Part shown: positions 36,806 to 45,076 of the stretch, piece by piece
Numbering within the stretch: the stretch's first letter is position 1
Layout of the letters: every line of letters starts with the position of its first letter
DNA from: a phage
Reading direction: 5' to 3' (one strand)
Sequence record: NC_104726.1
Length of the DNA stretch: 64,000 nucleotides
The notes under the pieces: generated by a model
What the model was told of the DNA's origin: nothing
Seen by the model: the letters and a program-made list of their open reading frames with translations, nothing else
Databases searched by the model: none
Translations under genes and position numbers: made by a program

Positions 36806-37519
36806 ATGCTGAATACTAAACTGATCGACAACCTGGAAAAACTGTCTCAGCCTGAAAACTACCTTTGGTCTGCCAACTGGGTGGAAAACTGGAACCGTGT
36901 GGCAGCTAAAGTGAAAAAATCATACACACCATTCGAATTACAGCTTAGCTTCATTGAGGAAGAGTTCAATGAGGTTTTGGAAGAGCTGGAGAAAGGTGAT
37001 GGTGGAGATCACCTGCTAAAAGAGGCCTGCGATCTTCACGTTGTCACAAGTTATGCCGCTTATCTTGTTAATGATAATCACGAAAAGTGGTCAAACCTGT
37101 TTGATAATCCACGAGGTCTTAAGTTCAAGATCGGTGAGTTCTATGATACACTGATCGCTGCGAAAAACACATCCAAGCAAAGAGCGTCAGCTTACCGCTT
37201 AGCGGAGTTGTCAACAGCTTTGCTGTTCCAGCTTCGCGGCGATGTGTGTGGGATGATGCGGAAGGTTCTCAAATCTAATGACAGCAAGTTTGCACGGATC
37301 AACCATCTACGATATTCTCACGGTGCCAGTGCAGATATGTCTACTGAATTGCTCATAGAGTTAGAGATTGAAGATCTTGAGCGTCGTTTTGGTGGTCGCT
37401 ACGAAGGTTTCGTTGCTAAAGAGGAGTTCTACAACGGTAATAAAGTTATTATATTCCTTGACAGTAAAGGTAAGATTATGAAGCCTTCGAGCTTCAAGGA
37501 TGTAACAGAGTATATTTAA
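36806..37519 (+). CDS. MazG-like nucleotide pyrophosphohydrolase domain protein
   Basis: 237 aa; N-terminal all-alpha segment with acidic EExxE-type motif (FIEEEFNEVLEELEK...LKEACDLHVV); C-terminal half unassigned. Confidence 0.4.
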   Translation: MLNTKLIDNLEKLSQPENYLWSANWVENWNRVAAKVKKSYTPFELQLSFIEEEFNEVLEELEKGDGGDHLLKEACDLHVVTSYAAYLVNDNHEKWSNLFDNPRGLKFKIGEFYDTLIAAKNTSKQRASAYRLAELSTALLFQLRGDVCGMMRKVLKSNDSKFARINHLRYSHGASADMSTELLIELEIEDLERRFGGRYEGFVAKEEFYNGNKVIIFLDSKGKIMKPSSFKDVTEYI

Positions 37520-37525
37520 CAACAT

Positions 37526-37550
37526 AGCCGGGATTACCCGGCTTTACTTA
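37526..37550 (+). terminator. rho-independent terminator after MazG-like gene
   Basis: hairpin GCCGGG-ATTA-CCCGGC followed by TTTACTTATT. Confidence 0.5.
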
Positions 37551-37581
37551 TTATGGAAAGTATGCAGTGAGGTAGTTAGTT

Positions 37582-37890
37582 ATGTACAAGCATTCCAGAG
37601 ATCTTGAAAAAGATGCTGTGTTTGGCGACCAGATGAAGGAGCTGATCAAACTTATAGGTAGAATGGAAGATAAGTTTGACACTAAAATCTACATCGATAG
37701 CAAGATCTTCAACCACAAAATATGGACAAATGTGTGTGTTGGGCTACATGGTGATAAAGATATTGTAAATTTGGTTGTAATAAAGTTCATAGTGTGGCAG
37801 AATAGGACTATACGTTATTCCGATCCACACTTACTTGTTTATCCTATAAAAGACCTACTACAGAAGGAGGACTGCAATGCCGTTATTTAA
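37582..37890 (+). CDS. hypothetical protein
   Basis: 102-aa ORF. Confidence 0.35.
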   Translation: MYKHSRDLEKDAVFGDQMKELIKLIGRMEDKFDTKIYIDSKIFNHKIWTNVCVGLHGDKDIVNLVVIKFIVWQNRTIRYSDPHLLVYPIKDLLQKEDCNAVI

Positions 37891-38146
37891 TCTTGCTAAA
37901 CCTGTAGAAGCACACCAGTTTGATGGAAGCTCTTCATCAGTATCTGATCTGCAACGGTGGATTGATACAGGTGTGTTTACATCGTCACCTGTTCGGACCA
38001 GAGATATTCGTCGCATGTGTGAGCTTGTTGAGCCGTTTGGCAACTTGGTTTTGTACCAGGGAGATTGGTTAGTTGACTTTATGGGAGACTGGTTGGTAAT
38101 GAGTAAAGAAGAGATGTTTAAAATTTTTAAGGAAGAGGCCGAGTAA
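37877..38146 (+). CDS. hypothetical protein
   Basis: 89-aa ORF, overlaps neighbours at both ends. Confidence 0.35.
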   Translation: MPLFNLAKPVEAHQFDGSSSSVSDLQRWIDTGVFTSSPVRTRDIRRMCELVEPFGNLVLYQGDWLVDFMGDWLVMSKEEMFKIFKEEAE

Positions 38147-39429
38147 TGCATCAAATCAAAACAACACTGTACGCACTGAACAAAGATGGCAGCTACCAAC
38201 AGTGGAAAGTATTCACTGATGGCGAAAAGGTTATCGTAGAGTTTGGCAAGCTTGACGGTAAATTGCAGTACAAAGAGACGGTATGCACACCTAAAAACGT
38301 AGGTCGTGCCAACGAGACTACAGCTGAGCAACAGGCCGAGCTTGAGGCTATCAGCAAGTGGGAAAAACAAGTCCGTCTGGGGTATGTTGAAAACATGGAA
38401 GATTGCGAGCAGGGTGTTGATCTTTTACCTATGCTGGTGCATGACTACCTGAAGCGTGGCAAGGCACTTAAATTACCTTGCTGGATCTTGCGTAAGTTAG
38501 ATGGCCTTCGTCTGCTTGTTGTTTTCCAAAATGGTGAGCCTAAATTTATTTCCCGTGGTAATAAGTCCTACCCTATTCAAGGAAAGCTTTTAGAGCAACT
38601 TCGTTCTTTCCATTCTACCACTGGGATTAAACAACTTGATGGGGAACTATACATTCATGGTCTTCCTTTGCAGAAAATAGTGTCTCTTGCTAAACGGTGG
38701 CGCACACAGGAAGAGATTCAGGCCGAGATCGATAAAGACTATGAGGCAGATAAAAAACGCCGTCATGCAGCAATTAAGGCAGGCTTATCAACATACAAAA
38801 ACTTCAACAAGGTAGATATTCCTGTCGATGTTGAGCCTGTTCGTGATGATTTGCGTTACGGTGGATACTGTAGCTACGATCTGGAGTATCACATTTTTGA
38901 TATTCCTAGCGACAAGGTGTGGTGGGATCCAGAAACAGAGTCTGGACGCTGCAAGGATCTTATGGATGCAGAGGATACCGTTACCACTCTGATGCTTGAT
39001 CATATCAAGGTTGTTGACGCAGAGCTTGCGTACACAGTTGATCATTGCGAAGAATCTGTTGGTATATTCATGTCCGAAGGATATGAAGGTACTATCATGC
39101 GTAATTTCTGCGGTAAATATGAGTATGGTCAGCGAACATCTGAAGCATTGAAATGGAAAAAGTTCAACGACGCAGAGGTGAAAGTTATTGACGTTGAGAA
39201 AGATAAGAATGATGAAGGTGTTCTTATCTGTGTTGACAAGGAAGGTATTGTTGTTAAAATGAAGATGAAAGGTACGCACGAGGAGCGTAGCTATGACAGA
39301 ATGCAGGAAATGATCGGCAAGTTTGTCACCTTCAAATATCAAGCAAGGACAGAAGACAACAACTACCAATTCCCTGTCGGTATCTGCGTCCGAAATGTTA
39401 ACCCAGATACTTGGGAGGTTCTGGAATGA
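38146..39429 (+). CDS. ATP-dependent DNA ligase
   Basis: 427 aa; adenylation motif I KLDGLR (cf. T7 ligase KYDGVR); N-terminal extra domain. Confidence 0.6.
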   Translation: MHQIKTTLYALNKDGSYQQWKVFTDGEKVIVEFGKLDGKLQYKETVCTPKNVGRANETTAEQQAELEAISKWEKQVRLGYVENMEDCEQGVDLLPMLVHDYLKRGKALKLPCWILRKLDGLRLLVVFQNGEPKFISRGNKSYPIQGKLLEQLRSFHSTTGIKQLDGELYIHGLPLQKIVSLAKRWRTQEEIQAEIDKDYEADKKRRHAAIKAGLSTYKNFNKVDIPVDVEPVRDDLRYGGYCSYDLEYHIFDIPSDKVWWDPETESGRCKDLMDAEDTVTTLMLDHIKVVDAELAYTVDHCEESVGIFMSEGYEGTIMRNFCGKYEYGQRTSEALKWKKFNDAEVKVIDVEKDKNDEGVLICVDKEGIVVKMKMKGTHEERSYDRMQEMIGKFVTFKYQARTEDNNYQFPVGICVRNVNPDTWEVLE

Positions 39430-39457
39430 TGTAGGATGGTTTAGTAGGTAACGGTAG

Positions 39458-39484
39458 CCAATTGAATGATGGTTTTTCAATTGG
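39458..39484 (+). promoter_or_regulatory. 9-bp-stem hairpin after DNA ligase gene (no U tract)
   Basis: CCAATTGAA-N9-TTCAATTGG. Confidence 0.3.
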
Positions 39485-39554
39485 CACCTACATAACCACA
39501 CCACACAGTGGTGCTGATCGGGGCTCGTTATGAGTGAACTGGAGAGTATGAAAA

Positions 39555-40052
39555 ATGAAACTTGATAAAAATATTCAACGAAAAGCTTTCTTGGATCTTA
39601 TTGGCTGGGCAGAGGGAACAACAACCCACCCTGCCACCAAATGTGGAGGATACGATGTTGTAGCATACGGGATGGACGGAAAACCTGAAATCTTTACAGA
39701 TTTTTCTACACACCCTTTTGCAAACGGTCGCCCTGGTAAAGTGTTTAACTCAAAAGGGCAAAGAACTACAGCCTGCGGTAAATATCAATTTCTTGTCAAA
39801 TACTGGGAACACTACAAAAAACAGCTTAAGTTGCCGGATTTTGGACCAGATAGCCAGGATAAGTGGGCAATCCAGTTGATCAGGGAACGTAAAGCACTTG
39901 AAGACATAGATAACGGTCATATTAAATCTGCTATACGTAAGACCTCAAATATTTGGGCTTCGTTCCCATACAACCAGTACGACCAAAATCCAAAAACCAT
40001 TGACAAGTTGCTTAAGAAATTTGTAGAGTTTGGAGGTGTTGTTCTGGATTAA
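39555..40052 (+). CDS. endolysin, lambda R-like lytic transglycosylase
   Basis: 165 aa; NIQRKAFLDLIGWAEGT...GYDVVAYG...FTDFSTHP...GKYQFL...SNIWASFP closely parallels lambda R. Confidence 0.75.
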   Translation: MKLDKNIQRKAFLDLIGWAEGTTTHPATKCGGYDVVAYGMDGKPEIFTDFSTHPFANGRPGKVFNSKGQRTTACGKYQFLVKYWEHYKKQLKLPDFGPDSQDKWAIQLIRERKALEDIDNGHIKSAIRKTSNIWASFPYNQYDQNPKTIDKLLKKFVEFGGVVLD

Positions 40053-40059
40053 TGATCAA

Positions 40060-40086
40060 AAGGTAGGCCACTCGCCTACCTTTCTA
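40060..40086 (+). terminator. rho-independent terminator after endolysin
   Basis: hairpin GGTAGGC-CACTC-GCCTACC followed by TTT. Confidence 0.5.
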
Positions 40087-40106
40087 CACCAGAGGTGTGT
40101 TGAGAT

Positions 40107-40868
40107 ATGAAGATACATTTCTTTTTTAATGATCATTACCCTTATTGGTACAAGGATGGTGATCTAATCTTTTGGAAACCTGGCTACAGTAGGAATGGAA
40201 ATAGGGCTGGACACTACAACAAAAAGACTGGATATTTCCAAGTGTACAATAAGCTGACAAATGTTAAACGTGGCAGACATAGGGAAATTTTTGACATGTT
40301 TTACGGATGTGTCACAGATACTTGGCATATCGATCATATCGTATCTAAGAAAAATTCTACTAACGGAGTGCCTGTAGACAAGATAGAAAACCTTCAAATG
40401 TTGAAGCCATGGGATAACTACTGTAAGAGAGCCTTGGAAAATGTACAAAGCAATAATACCTCTACAGTGACTGGTGTGGTATGGCTGAAAAGAGAGGGTA
40501 AGTGGAGGGCAAGTAGAAGGATAAATAGGGTAAATGTTAGGTTGGGAGATTTTGACACTTTCGAAGAGGCTAAATCTAGGATTGAATGGTCGATAGCCAA
40601 CCCGGAAGAGGCTTTAAAGATAGTTCCAAACCCGCACAAGAATAATATCCTGCCCGGTATTGATTGGTCTAAGAAAGATACCTGTTGGAGGGCACGAGAT
40701 AACAAAGGAAGAAACTTAAGGTGCTTCAACGACAGGAAGTGGCTAAATCCGTGGTGGGAGGCAGTTTGTGCAAGAAAGTCTTGGGAAGTAAACTGTCTCT
40801 ACGGAGAGATGTCACTAACTGAGTGGAAGTTATCCAGAGGCTATCCAAGACCTTGTGTTAAGGATTGA
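40107..40868 (+). CDS. free-standing HNH endonuclease with AP2-like DNA-binding domain
   Basis: 253 aa; HNH core WHIDHIVSKKNSTNGVPVDKIENLQML; AP2-like segment TGVVWLKREGKWRASRRINRVNVRLGDFDTFEEAKSR. Confidence 0.6.
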   Translation: MKIHFFFNDHYPYWYKDGDLIFWKPGYSRNGNRAGHYNKKTGYFQVYNKLTNVKRGRHREIFDMFYGCVTDTWHIDHIVSKKNSTNGVPVDKIENLQMLKPWDNYCKRALENVQSNNTSTVTGVVWLKREGKWRASRRINRVNVRLGDFDTFEEAKSRIEWSIANPEEALKIVPNPHKNNILPGIDWSKKDTCWRARDNKGRNLRCFNDRKWLNPWWEAVCARKSWEVNCLYGEMSLTEWKLSRGYPRPCVKD

Positions 40869-40871
40869 TCA

Positions 40872-40900
40872 TTGACATAACCACACGGACGTGGTATTGT
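40872..40900 (+). promoter_or_regulatory. candidate promoter
   Basis: TTGACA-17 nt-TATTGT; spacer contains CCAC...GTGG inverted repeat. Confidence 0.35.
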
Positions 40901-40931
40901 TACCTCATAAAATGTTTAGGAGGGTTTAACC

Positions 40932-41138
40932 ATGAAAGATTTTCTGTTGGCAATTTTGTTCATGGCAGCATGTCTGGCCTGTGGTGTCGTGTTTGCAGGT
41001 GAAACAGCGTATCTTGTCGATGTATACCGGGACAATGGTAAACGTATTTGCCTTTATGAGACAAGTCAAGGTGAGCTCTACGAGCTTGTGAAACAAGGCG
41101 AGGCTGGATCTTGTCCTCGCACCCATTTCTTTGAATGA
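40932..41138 (+). CDS. small secreted/lipoprotein-like protein
   Basis: 68 aa; N-terminal hydrophobic segment FLLAILFMAACLACG (possible lipobox). Confidence 0.35.
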   Translation: MKDFLLAILFMAACLACGVVFAGETAYLVDVYRDNGKRICLYETSQGELYELVKQGEAGSCPRTHFFE

Positions 41139-41147
41139 GGAGAATAC

Positions 41148-41612
41148 GTGGAAGACGGACGTTTAATGAAGTCTGAACGCAGGCTTATTGTGCAACTGAT
41201 CCCAGAAACAGCTTGGTATAATAACCTCCGAAACGCTGTAAAGAAGAGTGAGTGGGATAAGATCCGCAAGAAGTGCTATAGAGAAGCCAACTACACCTGT
41301 GAGGTGTGCGGCGGTAAAGGCAGCAAACACCCAGTGGAGTGTCATGAACTTTACACTTTCGAAGAGGGAGTGATCCGGCTTGTCGGACTGATAGCGTTGT
41401 GCCCAGATTGTCACACATCGGTGCATCCTGGGTTAGCAAATATCCGTGGAAAGTATGCTCAGGCAGTTAATCAGTTGGCTAAGGTGAATAAGATCACCAA
41501 AGGTATGGCAGAGGCGTATTACCGAGACTGCTTTGCAGAGTGGCGTGAGCTTAGTAAAGTTCCAGAATGGAAGACTGACTTTTCGTGGATAGAGGGGTAC
41601 CTTGATGGCTAA
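41148..41612 (+). CDS. zinc-finger protein, HNH-like
   Basis: 154 aa, GTG start after AGGAGA; CEVCG...ECHELY...CPDCHTSVH arrangement. Confidence 0.35.
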   Translation: MEDGRLMKSERRLIVQLIPETAWYNNLRNAVKKSEWDKIRKKCYREANYTCEVCGGKGSKHPVECHELYTFEEGVIRLVGLIALCPDCHTSVHPGLANIRGKYAQAVNQLAKVNKITKGMAEAYYRDCFAEWRELSKVPEWKTDFSWIEGYLDG

Positions 41613-41895
41613 GAGACCTGTAAAAGAGAAATTCGATAAGACAGCTTTTGTATTCGATACACCTCTGGACGATATCATCAGAGGTATGCAAGCCTTGTAT
41701 CGGAAGGCTGAATCTGAGCAGTTGTCTGAATCAGAACTTTACTGGCTTGGTTGGTGGGAGTTAAACCTGCCTAAAGCTGAAAGTTCTTGTCTGAGAACTG
41801 TTAAAACGTGCGCCCAAGAAAACGCTGCACTTGGAATCTACCACAAAAGGAAAAGATCAACAAAAAGCTCTCCAAGAAAGACTAAAAAGTCTTGA
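41602..41895 (+). CDS. hypothetical protein
   Basis: 97-aa ORF with basic C-terminus. Confidence 0.3.
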   Translation: MMAKRPVKEKFDKTAFVFDTPLDDIIRGMQALYRKAESEQLSESELYWLGWWELNLPKAESSCLRTVKTCAQENAALGIYHKRKRSTKSSPRKTKKS

Positions 41896-41921
41896 CAAAA
41901 GTGTTATTAATCTGATATTAT
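41892..41921 (+). promoter_or_regulatory. early promoter (TTGACAAA ... TATTATCGG family)
   Basis: TTGACA-18 nt-TATTAT. Confidence 0.5.
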
Positions 41922-41954
41922 CGGTCAGATATCTATAAACTAGGAGAACCAGAT

Positions 41955-42263
41955 ATGCTTAAAATTTTTATTATTGAAGATAAAGATATTGTCCAGTTGT
42001 ATGCAAACGAGAATCATAAAGGTATGATTCTGAAGAAGGCAAGTAACCTTCATGAAAACACAATTCAACCTGGTGATGTAATTAAGATCTGTGGTTATAT
42101 GATACCAGACTCCTTGATGAAAATAACCCACCACTGGGGGTCTAATCCGTTCCTTTTTGAAAAGTATTGGGATGTTGAGTCACTTATTGCAGAGAGTGAT
42201 GATGCATTCCATTACAGCATCCAACCATCTTGCAGAATAACTAACAGGAGGGTCTTTGAGTAG
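41955..42263 (+). CDS. hypothetical protein
   Basis: 102-aa ORF. Confidence 0.35.
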   Translation: MLKIFIIEDKDIVQLYANENHKGMILKKASNLHENTIQPGDVIKICGYMIPDSLMKITHHWGSNPFLFEKYWDVESLIAESDDAFHYSIQPSCRITNRRVFE

Positions 42264-43395
42264 AGAATATCCACTTATTGAGTCCATAGATTGTCTGGCT
42301 GATCTTCTTGAACCTGACGCTATAGTTTATTATGACTTCGATCAGGTTGCATATCAAGCTGCAGCAAGTTGTGAAAAAAGGACAATTGAGGTAACACACA
42401 AAGCCTCCGGACGTAAGAAGATGTTTAAAACACGAACAGAGTTCTGGGGGCGGCAGAAGAACACCGTTGGTGGTTGGTTAAAAGCTGAGAATACCAACCG
42501 TGAAGCTGCATGTAAAAAGGCTGGCAAGGAGTTTATTCCGTGGACACGAGAAGATTTCGATGTCTTGGATATCCAAACCCCTGATCCTGTAGAGAATTGC
42601 TTGCACACAATTAAGTGTAAAGCTAATGCAGTCCTTAATTATCTCGGTATTCCGGAAGATCGGTGCGTGGGGGTACTTGGAGGCACAGGTAATTTCAGAC
42701 TAGATCTTCCCATGCCGGAAAGATATAAAGCCAACCGTAACAATACTCTTCGACCACTGCTGCTTGGAGATGCAAGACAGTATCTCCAAAAGCAGTATAA
42801 TGCTCAAGTGATCAACGGTATCGAGGCTGATGACTGGTTAGCTATCCAGCAATTTGAAGGTTGGAACCACTACCAAAAAACAGGTAAGTTCAACAAGTTT
42901 ATTATCTCTATTGATAAGGACCAAAGAACACTACCGGGGCTTGTGTTCGATCCCATGCGAAACGATAAGGGAGATTTTGTAAGGGAAACCCCTATGCTGA
43001 TCGATAACGGTATGGGGAACATCTTCATGAAGCCTAATGGAGAGGTTGGTGGTTACGGAATGCTGTTCTTCGGATACCAAATGCTGTGTGGTGACTCTGC
43101 TGACAACATCAAGCCGTATCAAGGACTTATCGGTAAGGGTAAGTTCGGGGATGCCTCAGCATTCTACCTACTGTCTCAGTGCAGCACTCCAAAGGAGATG
43201 TGGGCGGCTATTATTGATCAGTACAAGAAGTGGTTCCCGAAAGGTGTTGTTAAGTATACTGACTTCAATGGTATTGATCGTAGAATTTCCGTAGGTCAGT
43301 GGATGAGTATAATTTTTGACTGTTTGTATATGAAGCGAACATTCAATGATCGAACAAAACTTGTTAACGTTCTTAGAAATGTTGGAGCAATTTGA
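42256..43395 (+). CDS. 5'-3' exonuclease / flap endonuclease (T4 RNase H-like)
   Basis: 379 aa; AIVYYDFDQVAYQAA, GIEADDWLAIQQ, GDSADNIKP parallel T4 RNase H ICLIDFSQIALSTA, KYEADDHIAVLVK, GDKKDNVAS; TTG start. Confidence 0.6.
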   Translation: MSREYPLIESIDCLADLLEPDAIVYYDFDQVAYQAAASCEKRTIEVTHKASGRKKMFKTRTEFWGRQKNTVGGWLKAENTNREAACKKAGKEFIPWTREDFDVLDIQTPDPVENCLHTIKCKANAVLNYLGIPEDRCVGVLGGTGNFRLDLPMPERYKANRNNTLRPLLLGDARQYLQKQYNAQVINGIEADDWLAIQQFEGWNHYQKTGKFNKFIISIDKDQRTLPGLVFDPMRNDKGDFVRETPMLIDNGMGNIFMKPNGEVGGYGMLFFGYQMLCGDSADNIKPYQGLIGKGKFGDASAFYLLSQCSTPKEMWAAIIDQYKKWFPKGVVKYTDFNGIDRRISVGQWMSIIFDCLYMKRTFNDRTKLVNVLRNVGAI

Positions 43396-43727
43396 TGACT
43401 AAAAATTCTGTAGATAATGCAATTATGGAAGCTGTTTTTGAGGATGATCATACAACAGGGACCATTAAAACAAAAAATACATTTATTGTTGCCACAGGTA
43501 TGTGGCGGTTGTATGAAGATGACACTATTTCATACATCCTGTACACAGATGATTACGCAGATGACCGTGTATGGTCTGCTGTTTTAAAAGAGGATTGTGA
43601 GTTGATTGAGGGCGAGCGGTTATGCATGTTCACCAGTGTGGAAACAGATGTTAAGCTTTGCTCTCTCGTCCTGTTCAAAGATAAGGCTTATGCTCCTGAT
43701 GAAGGAGAGGAGGATGAGGAAGCATGA
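43392..43727 (+). CDS. hypothetical protein (acidic C-terminus)
   Basis: 111-aa ORF. Confidence 0.35.
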   Translation: MMTKNSVDNAIMEAVFEDDHTTGTIKTKNTFIVATGMWRLYEDDTISYILYTDDYADDRVWSAVLKEDCELIEGERLCMFTSVETDVKLCSLVLFKDKAYAPDEGEEDEEA

Positions 43728-44353
43728 GAGAGCGTCTATTATCCATAGACCAGTCGTTGACACACACAGCTTGCGTTGTATGGGACGATGGAAAGCCTGT
43801 TCATAAGGTTGTGTTACGAACTCAAAGCTCATCTGCAAAAGAGAAGAAACCAGGGACGGTTTCTTTTGCAACAGCTGCTGAGCGTATTGACTGGATCTGC
43901 AAACAGGTCAGATATTATATCCACACGCACGGCGTTGACACCGTGGTTATGGAAGGGCTTTCCTTTGGATCACGCGGGGATGCCACACGTGAACTGGCTG
44001 GGTTGTTTTACGGTCTTGAAGTTATGCTTTGGGATGCTTTGGCTGATTGTGAAAATGACGGCCTGTTTAAGGTCCACACAGTGACACCAACAACTGCCAA
44101 AAAGTTTGCTCGTAGTCATCTTCCTGAGGAACTTGCTTTTGAGGAGAAGAAAAAGCTTGACAAAAAGACAGGTAAAGAGCATACTGTGAAGAAACCTGTT
44201 ACGATGGATAAAAAGTTGATGGTTAAGGCCTGCGAAGTATCTGAACCAGGGTTCCTAGATGGGATCAATTTGGTACAAGGTAAGGCCGATCTCGCAGATG
44301 CTTATTGGATAGGCAGGGCGCATCTGGAGGGATTATCGCAAAGCGTAAAATAA
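43724..44353 (+). CDS. RuvC-like Holliday junction resolvase
   Basis: 209 aa; N-terminal LSIDQSLTHTACVVW and C-terminal DAYWIGRAHL resemble RuvC catalytic motifs. Confidence 0.45.
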   Translation: MRERLLSIDQSLTHTACVVWDDGKPVHKVVLRTQSSSAKEKKPGTVSFATAAERIDWICKQVRYYIHTHGVDTVVMEGLSFGSRGDATRELAGLFYGLEVMLWDALADCENDGLFKVHTVTPTTAKKFARSHLPEELAFEEKKKLDKKTGKEHTVKKPVTMDKKLMVKACEVSEPGFLDGINLVQGKADLADAYWIGRAHLEGLSQSVK

Positions 44354-44910
44354 GAAAGAAAGCTGTCAAAGCCCCAGTTCATAACGGGTGGTTAAAAGAT
44401 TCTAAGGACATAGCCAACTTTCGAAAAGAATTGTCAGAGGAGCAAGATGGTCTTGATCCGATCTTGTGCGAGCCACTTCGTAAGCCTTGTCTAGATCATG
44501 ATCATCTGACTGGTCGTTGCAGGGGTGTTTTGTCTCAGTGCACTAATACCTTTGAGGGGTATGTGCTTAAATACTGGATGAAATACTGTAACGAGTATAC
44601 AGATTGCAGTTTATCAGAGGCGTTGCGCCGGATGGCTGACTATCTGGAGAAAGACTACAGCGACTTCCCGCTCCACAAAAACTACAGAGATGATATGACA
44701 AAGTTCTTGAGGAGATGCTCTAAAGCTACGATCATTGCACGAGCAGAATCAGATCTCAATCTTGTCATTAATCCAGAGTGCACCAAGCATGAGGCTATTG
44801 AGTTCTACATGCAGGAGTTTATAAAGAAAACTGAGGAGAGAGATTTCTATGGGGATGAAAAAGGTATTCAATCCTTGCGATTCAGTTCTGATCAGGATGA
44901 AATACCGTAA
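44305..44910 (+). CDS. endonuclease VII (T4 gp49-like) resolvase
   Basis: 201 aa; CLDHDHLTGRCRGVLSQCTN matches Endo VII zinc/HDH core. Confidence 0.65.
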   Translation: MDRQGASGGIIAKRKIRKKAVKAPVHNGWLKDSKDIANFRKELSEEQDGLDPILCEPLRKPCLDHDHLTGRCRGVLSQCTNTFEGYVLKYWMKYCNEYTDCSLSEALRRMADYLEKDYSDFPLHKNYRDDMTKFLRRCSKATIIARAESDLNLVINPECTKHEAIEFYMQEFIKKTEERDFYGDEKGIQSLRFSSDQDEIP

Positions 44911-45070
44911 CTGGAAAGGTGTTGTTGCAGATCGCTGCGTTACTGAGCCTAATTTATGGTTTGGCTCTACAGAATATCATAAAGAAGAGCAGTGGTTGAT
45001 GCATGCCTTCGATGTAGACAAGGGCGAATATCGTGACTTCGCTTTAAAAGACATTCTTCAGTTTTACTAA
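44849..45070 (+). CDS. hypothetical protein
   Basis: 73-aa ORF with GAGGAGAG RBS; overlaps 3' end of Endo VII gene in another frame. Confidence 0.3.
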   Translation: MGMKKVFNPCDSVLIRMKYRNWKGVVADRCVTEPNLWFGSTEYHKEEQWLMHAFDVDKGEYRDFALKDILQFY

Positions 45071-45076
45071 GGAATC

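Noticed and set aside
37858-39504. Minus-strand ORFs 37858-38370 (170 aa) and 38788-39504 (238 aa)
   Set aside because: Antisense to the DNA ligase and neighbouring plus-strand genes in a uniformly plus-strand block; hydrophobic low-complexity translations
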